In this document: one piece after another, positions 53,164-62,366 of the stretch
Numbering within the stretch: position 1 is the stretch's first letter
Layout of the letters: each line of letters begins with the position of its first letter
Source of the DNA: Thermoleophilaceae bacterium
Lineage (GTDB): Bacteria > Actinomycetota > Thermoleophilia > Solirubrobacterales > Thermoleophilaceae
Direction of reading: 5' to 3'
Assembly (NCBI GenBank): GCA_030447905.1
Contig: JAUJNZ010000001.1
Span: forward strand, 305,466 to 369,465
Length of the DNA: 64,000 bases
The notes under the pieces: generated by a model
Seen by the model: the letters and a program-made list of their open reading frames with translations, nothing else
Database searches by the model: none
Told to the model about the DNA's origin: nothing
Made by a program: the position numbers and the translations under genes

Positions 53164-54378
53164 TCATGCCCCGGCCGGCGCCAAACGCCGCACGAGCGCC
53201 AGGCAGAGCCGCGCGGCGTCCGCCACGCGCGCGTAGTCCACCCGTTCGGGCGTGTCGGTGGGCCAGTGGTAGTCGGTCGGCACCTTGAACTCGTCCACCG
53301 ACGCGATCGCCGCGCACGGGTAGCCGGCTCGCAGGGGGACCAGGCCGTCGGTGGCGTTGCGAAAGCGCAGGCCGCGCTGGAGGTCGACCTCGGCCTCCTC
53401 GGCGCAGCGCGCGACCAGGTCGCGGATGGCCGGCGGGTAGTCGGTCATCGTGAGCATGCCCTCGCCTTCGAGCACGGCGAGCCGCGGCGAGCCGACCGTG
53501 TCGAGGCAGAACACGTGCGTCCCTTCGGTCGGCAGCGCGGAGAAGTGACGCGCCGCAAAGGCGGTCATGCCCTCCTGATGGGACTCCTCGGCGCCCGTCG
53601 AGACGAGCATCACCCGCAGCCCCGGCGGTGGTCCGCCCGCGCCGGCCAGGGCGTGGGCCAGCGAGAGCAGCGCGGCGACTCCGCTCAGGTTGTCGTTCGC
53701 CCCGGGCACGACGGCGCGCAGCCCGATGTCCACGAACGCCGCGGCATACGCCGCCGACACGACCGTTCCGAGCCGGCGCACCGCCGTCCGACCCGCCAGC
53801 GCGCCCAGCGCGACGAGCGCCGGCCCCCCCACCGCGCCCCACATCACGGGCGGGCTGGTGTTCGCGTGCTCGAGCACGGCCGGGAAGCGACGAAGGAAGG
53901 CCCGGGGAAGGTCCGGATGGAAGATCAGCCCCGAGTGGGCGGCGTCGTGGTGGGCGGTGATCAGCACCGTGCGCTCCGCGTCCGGGTCGCCGAGCTCGGC
54001 GACAACGTTGGCGGTCTCGCGCCGGGGCAGTATGCGGCGGCGTAGCCAGCGCGACCCGCCGCCGAGATCGTCGACCACCGCGACGAGCCCGAGGGCGGCG
54101 AGCGCGGCGCCGACCAGGCGCCGCGGAGCACTCGGCGGGCCTCGCGCGATCACGCCGCCGGCGGTGGCGACCGCCAGCGGCAGGCCGGTCGGCCACCAGT
54201 GCGTCCCGTGGACGGTCTCGGGCTCGATCCGCACCCGGGCTCCGACCTCGCGGAGCTCTCCGGCGATCAGCTCGGCCGCCGCGAGCTCGCCGGCCGAGGC
54301 CGAGGGACGGTTCAAGGCCGCGAGCCTGGCAACGCGCTCGCGGAGCTCTTCCTCCGAGAGGAGGCCGCCACTGCTCAC
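53164..54378 (-). CDS. M28-family metallopeptidase with internal TM segments
   Basis: GTG at 54378 (GTGA with the cdsA stop). ITAHHDAAHSG, PGANDNLSGVAALLSLA, STGAEESHQEG. Confidence 0.8.
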   Translation of the reverse strand: MSSGGLLSEEELRERVARLAALNRPSASAGELAAAELIAGELREVGARVRIEPETVHGTHWWPTGLPLAVATAGGVIARGPPSAPRRLVGAALAALGLVAVVDDLGGGSRWLRRRILPRRETANVVAELGDPDAERTVLITAHHDAAHSGLIFHPDLPRAFLRRFPAVLEHANTSPPVMWGAVGGPALVALGALAGRTAVRRLGTVVSAAYAAAFVDIGLRAVVPGANDNLSGVAALLSLAHALAGAGGPPPGLRVMLVSTGAEESHQEGMTAFAARHFSALPTEGTHVFCLDTVGSPRLAVLEGEGMLTMTDYPPAIRDLVARCAEEAEVDLQRGLRFRNATDGLVPLRAGYPCAAIASVDEFKVPTDYHWPTDTPERVDYARVADAARLCLALVRRLAPAGA

Positions 54379-55277
54379 AGAATGGCGAGGCTCATGTAGT
54401 AGGCCACGGGCACGCTGAACAAGACCGCGTCCAGGCGGTCGAGGACGCCGCCGTGGGGACCGAAGAAGCCGCCCGTGTCCTTGACGTCGAGGTCGCGCTT
54501 GACGAGCGATTCGAACAGGTCTCCGAGGGGCGCGGCGAGGGCCACGCCGAACCCGATCAGGAGCGCCTGGCCCCCGGTCATGAACTCCTGGTAGGAGGTC
54601 TCGAACAGCCAGAAGGCGAGCGTCCCGCCCACGATCCCGAGCACCAGGCCTTCGACGGTCTTGCTCGGGGAGATATGCGGCGCGAGCCGGCGCCGCCCCC
54701 ACGCCTTGCCGCCCGAGTAGGCGATGCTGTCGCCGACGAAGGTCCCGATCAGGGCGTCGAGCAGGAGCGCTCCTCCGTGGGCGCCCTCGCGCAGGAAGAC
54801 GGCGTGGGCGAGCGGCAGGCCCACCCACAGCACGCCGAATAGAGTCACCGCCACCGCCCAGGAGACCTGCTCGCGCCACGGTCGCGCGACCGCGAGCGCG
54901 TAAGTGACCGGAAAGGCGCAGGCGAGCCCGAGCACGACGTGAAAGGGCTCGCCGAACAGGGCGCCCAGGACGATCCCGACAAGGGCGAGGAAGCCGGCGA
55001 TGTCGACCGGGCGCACCGAGCGCGTCATCGAGTAGAGCTCGTGCAGCGCCACGACGCCGAGCGCGGAGATACCGAGCGCAAAGACCAGCCCGCCCTGGGC
55101 CACGATGAAGATCGCGAACGCCGCGGCGGGCACGCCCCAGACGACCCGGCGGCGCAGCTCGCGGTCCCCGCGCCGACGCTCGCGCGGCTCGCGGCGGCGC
55201 ACGCGGGCGCGGGCGGCGCCCCGCTCGGCGGCCGCGCTGGGGCCGCGGCGGGCGCGGCGACGAAGGCGCAGGGCCAC
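54375..55277 (-). CDS. cdsA: Phosphatidate cytidylyltransferase
   Basis: Polytopic membrane protein. C-terminal signature SLVKRDLDVKDTGGFFGPHGGVLDRLD. Confidence 0.9.
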   Translation of the reverse strand: MALRLRRRARRGPSAAAERGAARARVRRREPRERRRGDRELRRRVVWGVPAAAFAIFIVAQGGLVFALGISALGVVALHELYSMTRSVRPVDIAGFLALVGIVLGALFGEPFHVVLGLACAFPVTYALAVARPWREQVSWAVAVTLFGVLWVGLPLAHAVFLREGAHGGALLLDALIGTFVGDSIAYSGGKAWGRRRLAPHISPSKTVEGLVLGIVGGTLAFWLFETSYQEFMTGGQALLIGFGVALAAPLGDLFESLVKRDLDVKDTGGFFGPHGGVLDRLDAVLFSVPVAYYMSLAIL

Positions 55278-55289
55278 CGCTCGCCAGCC

Positions 55290-55952
55290 TCAGCGTGCCC
55301 CGAAGCGGCGCTCGCGGACGGCGTACTCCTCTAGCGCCGCCGCCAGCTCGTCGCGGTCGAACTCCGGCCACAGCGCCTCGGAGAAGACGAGCTCCGAGTA
55401 CGCGCACTGCCACAGCAGGTAGTTCGAGAGGCGCCGCTCCCCGCTCGTGCGGATGAGCAGCTCGGGATCGGTCATCTCCGGGGCGTACAGGCAGCGGCGA
55501 AAGGCCTCCTCGTCCCCGCCGTCGAAGCGACGGGCGGCGTCGAGGATCTCCGCCCGGCCGCCGTAGTTGAAGGCGACGAACAGGGTCATCCGGTCGTTGG
55601 CCTCGGTGCGCTCCTCGGCCCAGCCCATGCGAGCGCGCAGCTCCTCGGACACCCCGTCGCGCCGCCCGACGAAGCGCAGGCGCACGCCCTCCTCGTCGAG
55701 CTCGGGGGTCTCCGACTCGATCAGGTCGGTGAACAGGGCCATCAGCCCGTCGACCTCGGCGCGCGGGCGAGTCCAGTTCTCGGTCGAGAACGCGTACACG
55801 GTGAGCTCGCGCAAGTCGAGGGCGACGGCGTGGCGGACCGTGCGCTTGAGTGCCTCGGCGCCCTGGCGGTGACCTTCGAGCACCGGCACGCCGCGCTGCT
55901 GAGCCCAGCGGGCGTTCCCGTCCATGATGATGGCGACGTGCCGTGCGGCCAA
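55290..55952 (-). CDS. uppS: Isoprenyl (undecaprenyl-type) diphosphate synthase, cis-prenyltransferase
   Basis: HVAIIMDGNARWA ... AFSTENW ... RLSNYLLWQ. Confidence 0.92.
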   Translation of the reverse strand: MAARHVAIIMDGNARWAQQRGVPVLEGHRQGAEALKRTVRHAVALDLRELTVYAFSTENWTRPRAEVDGLMALFTDLIESETPELDEEGVRLRFVGRRDGVSEELRARMGWAEERTEANDRMTLFVAFNYGGRAEILDAARRFDGGDEEAFRRCLYAPEMTDPELLIRTSGERRLSNYLLWQCAYSELVFSEALWPEFDRDELAAALEEYAVRERRFGAR

Positions 55953-55999
55953 GGGAGGCGGGCGGTCTGCCGCGAGGGCGAGGGGCGAGGAGGCCTTCC

Positions 56000-56569
56000 T
56001 CAGACCTCGAGGATCTCTTGTTCCTTGCGACCGAGCGCCTCGTCGATCTCCCCCACGCGCTCGTCGGTCAGCCCCTGGAGCTCGGTCTCCGCGCGGTGCT
56101 CCTCGTCTGAGCCGACGTCGCCCTCGCCCTTCAGCTCGCGCAGGTCGTGCATCACCGATCGGCGGATGTTGCGGACTGCAACCCGCCCGTCCTCGGCGAT
56201 CGCACGCACGACCCGGACCAGCTCGCGCCGGCGCTCCTCGGTCAGCTCGGGCAGCGTGAGCCGGACGAGGTTGCCGTCGTTTGAAGGCGTGAGGCCGAGC
56301 CCCGACTCCATGATCGCCTTCTCGATCGACCGGATCGAGCTCTTGTCGTAGGGAGTGATGGTGAGCAGCCGCGCCTCGCTCGCCGATACGTTGGCGAGCT
56401 GGCGCAGAGGGGTCTGGGTGCCGTAGTACTCGACCGACACGCGATCGAGGAGCGCCGGCGAGGCGCGGCCGGTGCGCACGGTGGCGAACTCGCCCCGGGT
56501 CGAGTCGACCGACTTCGCCATGCGCTCGCGGGCGTCCTCGAGGAGGTCCGAGACGAGGTCGCTCGCTAT
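56000..56569 (-). CDS. frr: Ribosome recycling factor
   Basis: [19 protein letters not shown] etc. The homology-implied N-terminus (I)[20 protein letters not shown] begins at an ATA codon overlapping the pyrH TAG. The first canonical start (ATG 56521) would remove about 16 conserved residues. Confidence 0.8.
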   Translation of the reverse strand: MASDLVSDLLEDARERMAKSVDSTRGEFATVRTGRASPALLDRVSVEYYGTQTPLRQLANVSASEARLLTITPYDKSSIRSIEKAIMESGLGLTPSNDGNLVRLTLPELTEERRRELVRVVRAIAEDGRVAVRNIRRSVMHDLRELKGEGDVGSDEEHRAETELQGLTDERVGEIDEALGRKEQEILEV

Positions 56570-57324
56570 GTCGAGACCACCGTTCCCACTCGCTCGCCGC
56601 AGACTATCCGGTCGATGTTGCGCTCGTCGTCCATGTTGAAGACGTGGATCGGGAGGGCGTTGTCCATGCACAGCGACAGGGCCGTGGAGTCCATTACCTG
56701 CAGGCGGCGCTCGATCGCCTCGCGGTGGGAGATGGCGTCGAGGAAGCGGGCCTCGGGGCGCTCGCGAGGGTCGGCGTCGTACACGCCCTCGACGCCGTTC
56801 TTGGCCATGAGGATGGCTTCGGCGTGGATCTCGAGCGCCCGCAGCGCCGCGGCGGTGTCGGTGGTGAAGAACGGGTTGCCCGTGCCGGCGGCGAAGATCA
56901 CGATCCGGCCCTTCTCGAGATGGCGCATGGCGCGACGGCGGATGTAGGGCTCGGCGACCTCGGAGATCGTGATCGCAGACTGCACGCGCGTCACCGCGCC
57001 GACCTTCTCGAGCGCGTCCTGGAGCGCGAGCGCGTTGAGCACGGTGGCGAGCATGCCCATGTAGTCGCCGGTGGAGCGATCCATGCCTTCGGCGGCGGCG
57101 CGCAACCCGCGGTAGACGTTGCCTCCGCCGACGACGATCGCGACCTCCACGCCGCGGTCGGCGACGTGCTTTATCTGCGCAGTGATGGCGGCGATGCGCT
57201 CGGGGTCGGCGCCGTAGTCGAGCTCGCCCATGAGCGCCTCCCCCGAGAGCTTGATGAGGATCCGGGAGAAGGCGGGTGCGCGGCCGTCGGGCCCGCTGCC
57301 GTTGCCCTCGCCGGTCGCGTCCAC
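56566..57324 (-). CDS. pyrH: UMP kinase
   Basis: [36 protein letters not shown]. Confidence 0.95.
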   Translation of the reverse strand: MDATGEGNGSGPDGRAPAFSRILIKLSGEALMGELDYGADPERIAAITAQIKHVADRGVEVAIVVGGGNVYRGLRAAAEGMDRSTGDYMGMLATVLNALALQDALEKVGAVTRVQSAITISEVAEPYIRRRAMRHLEKGRIVIFAAGTGNPFFTTDTAAALRALEIHAEAILMAKNGVEGVYDADPRERPEARFLDAISHREAIERRLQVMDSTALSLCMDNALPIHVFNMDDERNIDRIVCGERVGTVVST

Positions 57325-57331
57325 GCGCTGG

Positions 57332-57937
57332 CTATTCCTCGCCGACGGCGAAGCGCGCGAAGCGGCGGACGACCACGTTCTCGCCGGTGCGCGCGGCCGT
57401 CTCGGCGCGCAGCTCCTCGATCGTCTGGCCGGCGTGCTTGTCGGCGTTCACGTGGGCTTGGTTGAGCAGCACGACCTCCTCGAGCCACTTGCGCATGCGG
57501 CCCTCGGCGATCCGGGGGCGGACGTCCTCCGGCTTGTCCTGGGCCTGCTCGATGAAGATGCGCATCTCGGCCTCGCGGGCCTCCTCCGGGACCTCGTCCT
57601 CGGATACGTACATGGGCGCGGCGGCGGCGACGTGGAGGGCGACGTCGCGGGCGAAGTCACGGAAGTCGTCGTTGCGGGCGACGAAGTCGGTCTCGCAGTT
57701 GACCTCGACCAGCACCCCGACCTTGCCCGTGGCGTGGATGTAGCTCTGGACGACGCCCTCGGAGGCCGTGCGACCGGAGCGCTTGGCGGCCTGCGCCTGG
57801 CCGCGTACCCGCAGGAGCTCGACGGCGGCGTCGAAGTCGCCGCCCGACTCCTCGAGCGCACGCTTGCAGTCCATCATGCCGGCCTGGGTGCGGTCGCGGA
57901 GGGCCTTGACGTCGCCGGCGGAGACGCTGACGCTCAC
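57332..57937 (-). CDS. tsf: Elongation factor Ts (short form)
   Basis: GTG at 57937 (GTGA with the rpsB stop). [45 protein letters not shown]. Confidence 0.92.
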   Translation of the reverse strand: MSVSVSAGDVKALRDRTQAGMMDCKRALEESGGDFDAAVELLRVRGQAQAAKRSGRTASEGVVQSYIHATGKVGVLVEVNCETDFVARNDDFRDFARDVALHVAAAAPMYVSEDEVPEEAREAEMRIFIEQAQDKPEDVRPRIAEGRMRKWLEEVVLLNQAHVNADKHAGQTIEELRAETAARTGENVVVRRFARFAVGEE

Positions 57938-59001
57938 GAGCGCGACTCCTCTCGGTCGGCTTCCGAGGGCTTGTCCTCCGGAGCCTTGTTCGCCTGCGCG
58001 GCCTCCGCCGGGGCCGCGGCCCCGGTGTCCTCGCCCGGAGCGGCTTGACGGTCTGAGGTGGCCGGTGAGGCCTGGGCGGGAGCGGCCGAACGATCCGGGG
58101 AGACCTGGGCGGGGGCGGCCGGCGGGGCGTCGCCGGCCGCCACGACCTGAGGCTCGGCCTCGATCTCCGGTCCGGGGGCACGCTCCTCGGCGTCGCGGGC
58201 GGCCTGCTCGGCGGCCTCGCGGCGGGCCTGCTCCTCGGCCTCGCGCCGCTCGCGCTCCTCCCGCTCGCGGCGGGCCTGCTCCTCTGCCTCGCGCCGCGCC
58301 CGCTCCTCCTCGGCGCGGAAACGGCCGGCGCTGTCGCGCACGACGTCCCCGATCGCCTCGACGATTAGCCGGCAGGAGCGGATCGCGTCGTCGTTGCCGG
58401 GCACGGGGTAGGAGACCGGACCGGGATCGACGTTCGAGTCGACGAGCGCGATGATCGGCAGGTTGAGCCGCTCGGCCTCGCGCAGGGCGATCGTCTCGGT
58501 CTTCAAATCGACGATGAACACCGCGTCGGGGACGCGCTGCATGTTGCGCACTCCGCCGAGGTTGACCTCGAGCTTGGCGAGCTCGGACTCGGCGGCGATT
58601 CGCTCGCGCACGGGCAGCAGGTCGAGCGTGCCGTCCTCGCGCCACCGGGTGAGCTCGTGGAGGCGGTCGATGCGCCCCGAGATCGTCCCGAAGTTGGTCA
58701 GCAGCCCCCCGAGCCAGCGTTGGTCGACGTAGGGCATGCCGGCCTCCGTGGCGACCTCGCGGACCGAGTCGGTGGCCTGCTTCTTGGTCCCCACGAACAG
58801 GACCGTCCCCCCGCGACCGGCGACCCCGGCGGCGAAGTCCCGTGCCTCCCCGAGCAGGGCCTCGGTCCGCTGCAGGTCGATGATGTGGATCCCACCCCGC
58901 TCGCCGAATATGTAGCGGCGCATGCGGGGATTCCAGCGCCTCGTCTGGTGGCCGAAGTGGACTCCGGCCTCGAGCAGCTCCTTGATCCCTACATCGGGCA
59001 C
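57934..59001 (-). CDS. rpsB: 30S ribosomal protein S2 with about 128-aa charged/low-complexity C-terminal extension
   Basis: GTG at 59001 after [38 protein letters not shown]. The tail begins near residue 228 ([16 protein letters not shown]...). Confidence 0.92.
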   Translation of the reverse strand: MPDVGIKELLEAGVHFGHQTRRWNPRMRRYIFGERGGIHIIDLQRTEALLGEARDFAAGVAGRGGTVLFVGTKKQATDSVREVATEAGMPYVDQRWLGGLLTNFGTISGRIDRLHELTRWREDGTLDLLPVRERIAAESELAKLEVNLGGVRNMQRVPDAVFIVDLKTETIALREAERLNLPIIALVDSNVDPGPVSYPVPGNDDAIRSCRLIVEAIGDVVRDSAGRFRAEEERARREAEEQARREREERERREAEEQARREAAEQAARDAEERAPGPEIEAEPQVVAAGDAPPAAPAQVSPDRSAAPAQASPATSDRQAAPGEDTGAAAPAEAAQANKAPEDKPSEADREESRS

Positions 59002-59152
59002 TTCGCGTCCTTCCCTTGTCGTTTCGTGCTGCCCGCCGGGGCGTCGCGCGGGACCCGGGTGCGACGTGCGTCCGGGCAGGGCCGCGGCGGAATCCGGGCG
59101 GGGTGGGTGGTTGACCCGCGAAGGATAGGGCACGGCCTGAGGACGCGCGGGG

Positions 59153-60079
59153 TCATGTCGAGCCACGCTCGCCTCGCGCCCGCTCGAGGGCCGCGGTCAG
59201 GTCGGCGGGCAGCGGCGAGCCGAAGGCGAGCCGCTCCTCGGTCACCGGGTGCTCGAGGGCGAGGCGGGCGGCGTGGAGGAACTGGCGGCCTAGGCCGAGC
59301 CGTCGCCCCGAGGCCGAGCCGCCGTAGCGCGCGTCCCCGCACACCGGGTACCCGATGGCCGCGAGGTGGGTGCGGATCTGGTGGGTGCGCCCGGTCTCCA
59401 GCGAGACCTCGAGCAGGGCGGATAAAGCGAGCGCCTCCCGGACCTCGAAGTGGGTCCGGGCCGAGCGCGGGCGGTCGGTGGCCGTCGAGACGAGCGTGCG
59501 GTCGGCGCGGTCGCGGCCGACGGGCGCGTCGATCGTCGCTGTGCGGGCGTCCGGGATTCCCTCGACGAGCGCGAGGTACTCGCGCCGAACGGCGCGTCGG
59601 AGGAGCGCCGCGCTCAGGGCGGCGTGCGCCCGCTCGGACTTCGCCACCACCAGCAGCCCGGAGGTGTCCCGATCGATGCGGTGGACGATGCCGGCCCGCT
59701 CGGGCGCTCCGCCCGCGGTGCGATCGGCCAGCGCCTGGGCGAGCGTGCCGTGCTTGCGGCCGTGGCCGGGGTGGACGACCACGCCGGCAGGCTTGTCGAC
59801 CACGATCAGGTGGTCGTCCTCGAATACGACCGCGTGCGGGGCGGTGGGGAGCTCTGTGGCCGAGGCTTCGGCGGGCACCTCCTCGAGCTCGACCGCCACC
59901 TGCTCTCCCGCGGCGAGCCGGTGACCCTTCTGTCGCCGGCGGCCGTCCACGGTCACCCGTCCCGCCTCGATCAGCCGCTGGGCGGCCGCGCGCGACCCGA
60001 CCTCGCGCCTGGCGCCGAGGACCCCGTCGAGCCGTCCTCCCGTCTCGTCGGGCCCGGCGGTCAGCTCGAGTCGCGACAC
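59153..60079 (-). CDS. rluD: RluA/RluD-family 23S rRNA pseudouridine synthase
   Basis: S4-like N-terminus, catalytic HRIDRDTSGLLVVAK, HQIRTHLA. Confidence 0.85.
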   Translation of the reverse strand: MSRLELTAGPDETGGRLDGVLGARREVGSRAAAQRLIEAGRVTVDGRRRQKGHRLAAGEQVAVELEEVPAEASATELPTAPHAVVFEDDHLIVVDKPAGVVVHPGHGRKHGTLAQALADRTAGGAPERAGIVHRIDRDTSGLLVVAKSERAHAALSAALLRRAVRREYLALVEGIPDARTATIDAPVGRDRADRTLVSTATDRPRSARTHFEVREALALSALLEVSLETGRTHQIRTHLAAIGYPVCGDARYGGSASGRRLGLGRQFLHAARLALEHPVTEERLAFGSPLPADLTAALERARGERGST

Positions 60080-60092
60080 GACGGTCGCCGGG

Positions 60093-60623
60093 TCAGGCGG
60101 CGTCCGCCCGTGGCTCGGTCGGCTCGCGCGCCGGCTGCGACCGCCGCTCGCCGGCGTACAGGACCCCGAGCACGCCGATCACGATCGCGGTGTCGGCGAG
60201 GTTGAAGGCCGGCCAGAAGGCCGGGTCGATGAAGTCTACGACCGCGCCGGTGCGCCCGCGATCGATCAGGTTGCCGGCCGCGCCGCCGAGCACCATGCCG
60301 ACCGGCAGCCACAGGACCGGCCGGGTGGCTCGAACCGCGAAGAAGCCGACGAGGGCGACGACCGCGACCACCGTCACGGCGACGATCAGTCCCTCCCCCG
60401 CCCCGGCGAGGGCGCCGAAGGCGATGCCCGTGTTGCGCACGAGGTGCAGATCGATGCCCAAGAAGAGGCTGACGCTCTCCCCCCTAGCCAGCCACTCGAG
60501 CGCGAGCGCCTTTGTCGCCTGGTCGAGCCCGGCGACCGCCACCGCGACGATGGCCGCGAGGGCACACGCCCGCGCCGGCGACGCGGGCCCTTGCCGGTGC
60601 CACAGGGCCACCGCGGTGGGCAC
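60093..60623 (-). CDS. lspA: Lipoprotein signal peptidase II
   Basis: DQATKAL, VRNTGIAFG, GNLIDR, VVDFID, FNLADTAI. Confidence 0.9.
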   Translation of the reverse strand: MPTAVALWHRQGPASPARACALAAIVAVAVAGLDQATKALALEWLARGESVSLFLGIDLHLVRNTGIAFGALAGAGEGLIVAVTVVAVVALVGFFAVRATRPVLWLPVGMVLGGAAGNLIDRGRTGAVVDFIDPAFWPAFNLADTAIVIGVLGVLYAGERRSQPAREPTEPRADAA

Positions 60624-60944
60624 CTAGCCCCCGATCAGGGCGACGACGATGCCCCGGACGATCATCAGCACGAAGATGCCGACGATCGGGCTGAGGTCGA
60701 GCGCGGCGGGGCCGAGCCGCACCGCCGGGAGGATGCGGCGAAACAGATTGAGGTAAGGGTCGGTGACGTCCTGCACGAACCCGACGACCGCACGGAGCAC
60801 CGGGTTGTAGGGCATCCGCGGTATCCAGGACAGGACGATGCGGACGATGATCAGCGCGATGTAGACCGTGAACAGGGTGGCGACGTAGGTCGCGACCTCG
60901 CCGCGGGTGATGGCGAGCAGCTCGCTCGCGGCGAAGGTCCTCAT
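60624..60944 (-). CDS. yggT: YggT-family membrane protein
   Basis: YIALIIVRIVLSWIP ... DVTDPYLNLFRRILP ... LDLSPIVGIFVL. ATGA overlap with the proC stop. Confidence 0.85.
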   Translation of the reverse strand: MRTFAASELLAITRGEVATYVATLFTVYIALIIVRIVLSWIPRMPYNPVLRAVVGFVQDVTDPYLNLFRRILPAVRLGPAALDLSPIVGIFVLMIVRGIVVALIGG

Positions 60945-61699
60945 CGACGGCCCGTCCCGACCACCGCGTCGACCGCCCCGTCGAAGGCGCTGCGCACGCC
61001 GCCCCGCTCGAGCGCGGCGAGCCCGCGGGCGGTCGAGCCGCCGGGAGAGGTCACCCGCCGCCGCAGCTCCGAGGTCTCGAGCTCTCGTCCCGCGAGCAGC
61101 GCGGCGGTCCCGGCCATGGTCTCGCAGGCCATCAGAGCGGCCCGCTCGGGCGGCAGTCCGTGGCGCACGCCGGCCTCGCCGAGCGCCTCGAGCACGAGGG
61201 CGAAGAAGGCGGGCGCGCAGCCCATGAGCGCCGTGGCCGGCTCGATCAGCGGCTCCTCGAGCTCGATGACCGTGCCGAGCCGGCCGACCAGCCCGAGCAG
61301 CTCTCGCTCGGGGCCGTCGGCCGCCCGCGTGCCGGGCGCGTAGCAGACGACCCCGCGGCGGGTCTCGACGGCCAGATTGGGCATGAAGCGGTAGGCCGGT
61401 ACGCCGGGGTAGGCGTCCTCGACCGCCGCCACGCCGACCCCGCCCAGGATCGAGGCCACGGCCCGGGCCCGGCCACCGGTCTGCCCCGCGACCTCGTGCA
61501 GCTGAGCCGGCTTGTGGGCGAGGATCACGATCTCGGCCCGCTCGGCCAGCTCGGCGCTAGAGCCGAGCGCCTCGCCCTCGAGCTCCACCGCCAGCGACTC
61601 GGCGCGCGCTCTGTCCGCGTCGGCGACGAGCAGCGGCTCGCCGAGCCCGCGGGCGAGCGCCGAACCCATGTTGCCCGCTCCGATGAGCCCGATGACCAT
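60941..61699 (-). CDS. proC: Pyrroline-5-carboxylate reductase
   Basis: MVIGLIGAGNMGSALARGL; C-terminal VTSPGGSTARGL. Confidence 0.9.
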   Translation of the reverse strand: MVIGLIGAGNMGSALARGLGEPLLVADADRARAESLAVELEGEALGSSAELAERAEIVILAHKPAQLHEVAGQTGGRARAVASILGGVGVAAVEDAYPGVPAYRFMPNLAVETRRGVVCYAPGTRAADGPERELLGLVGRLGTVIELEEPLIEPATALMGCAPAFFALVLEALGEAGVRHGLPPERAALMACETMAGTAALLAGRELETSELRRRVTSPGGSTARGLAALERGGVRSAFDGAVDAVVGTGRR

Positions 61700-61742
61700 C
61701 CCGAGAGGATAGGTGCGCCGGCCGTGCGAGGGAGCCGTGCGC

Positions 61743-62294
61743 TCAGGACTGGTTGTAGAAGCCCTTCTCGATCAGCCGCGCCCGCTCCTCGGCGGAGACC
61801 TCGACGTTGCGCGGCGTGAGCATGAAGACCTTGTCGGCGACCTTCTGCATGCCGCCGTCGAGCGCGTACGCGAGGCCCGAGGAGAAGTCGATCAGGCGCT
61901 TGGTGAGCTCGGTCTCGGTTCCCTGGAGGTTGAGGATCACTGGAAGCCCGTTCTTGAACTGGTCGGCGACCTGCTGAGCGTCGTTGAAGTTCTTGGGAAC
62001 GACGAGGTGCACCTGGACCCCGGCGCGCCCGTTCTCGGGCACCGCCCGCAGCGCGCGCGTCGGGCGGCTGTCGGCCGACTCCGGCTCGTCGCCGAAGATC
62101 TCGTCGATGTCGTCGCCGCGGCGGCGCGTGGAGAGGCGGCGCACGTTGGGGCGATCCCGGTAGCGCGCCTTGAGCTCGGTCTCGGGCTCGGGGCCCCGCT
62201 CGACCTCCTCGAGCTCGGGTTCGTACGGATAGCGGTCGTCCTCGGCCAGGCCGAAGTAGACGAGCGTACGGTGCCAGGTGTCGCGCAGGGCCAT
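61743..62294 (-). CDS. sepF: Cell division protein SepF
   Basis: ATG at 62294. MALRDTWHRTLVYFGL N-terminal amphipathic helix. Core VVPKNFNDAQQVADQFKNGLPVILNL ... RLIDFSSGLAYALDG. Confidence 0.9.
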   Translation of the reverse strand: MALRDTWHRTLVYFGLAEDDRYPYEPELEEVERGPEPETELKARYRDRPNVRRLSTRRRGDDIDEIFGDEPESADSRPTRALRAVPENGRAGVQVHLVVPKNFNDAQQVADQFKNGLPVILNLQGTETELTKRLIDFSSGLAYALDGGMQKVADKVFMLTPRNVEVSAEERARLIEKGFYNQS

Positions 62295-62366
62295 CGCGGT
62301 GCCTTTCGCGCGCGCGGGCGAAAATCCTCGCGCGGGCGATGAAAAACTAGCCGTCGAGGTTACAAC

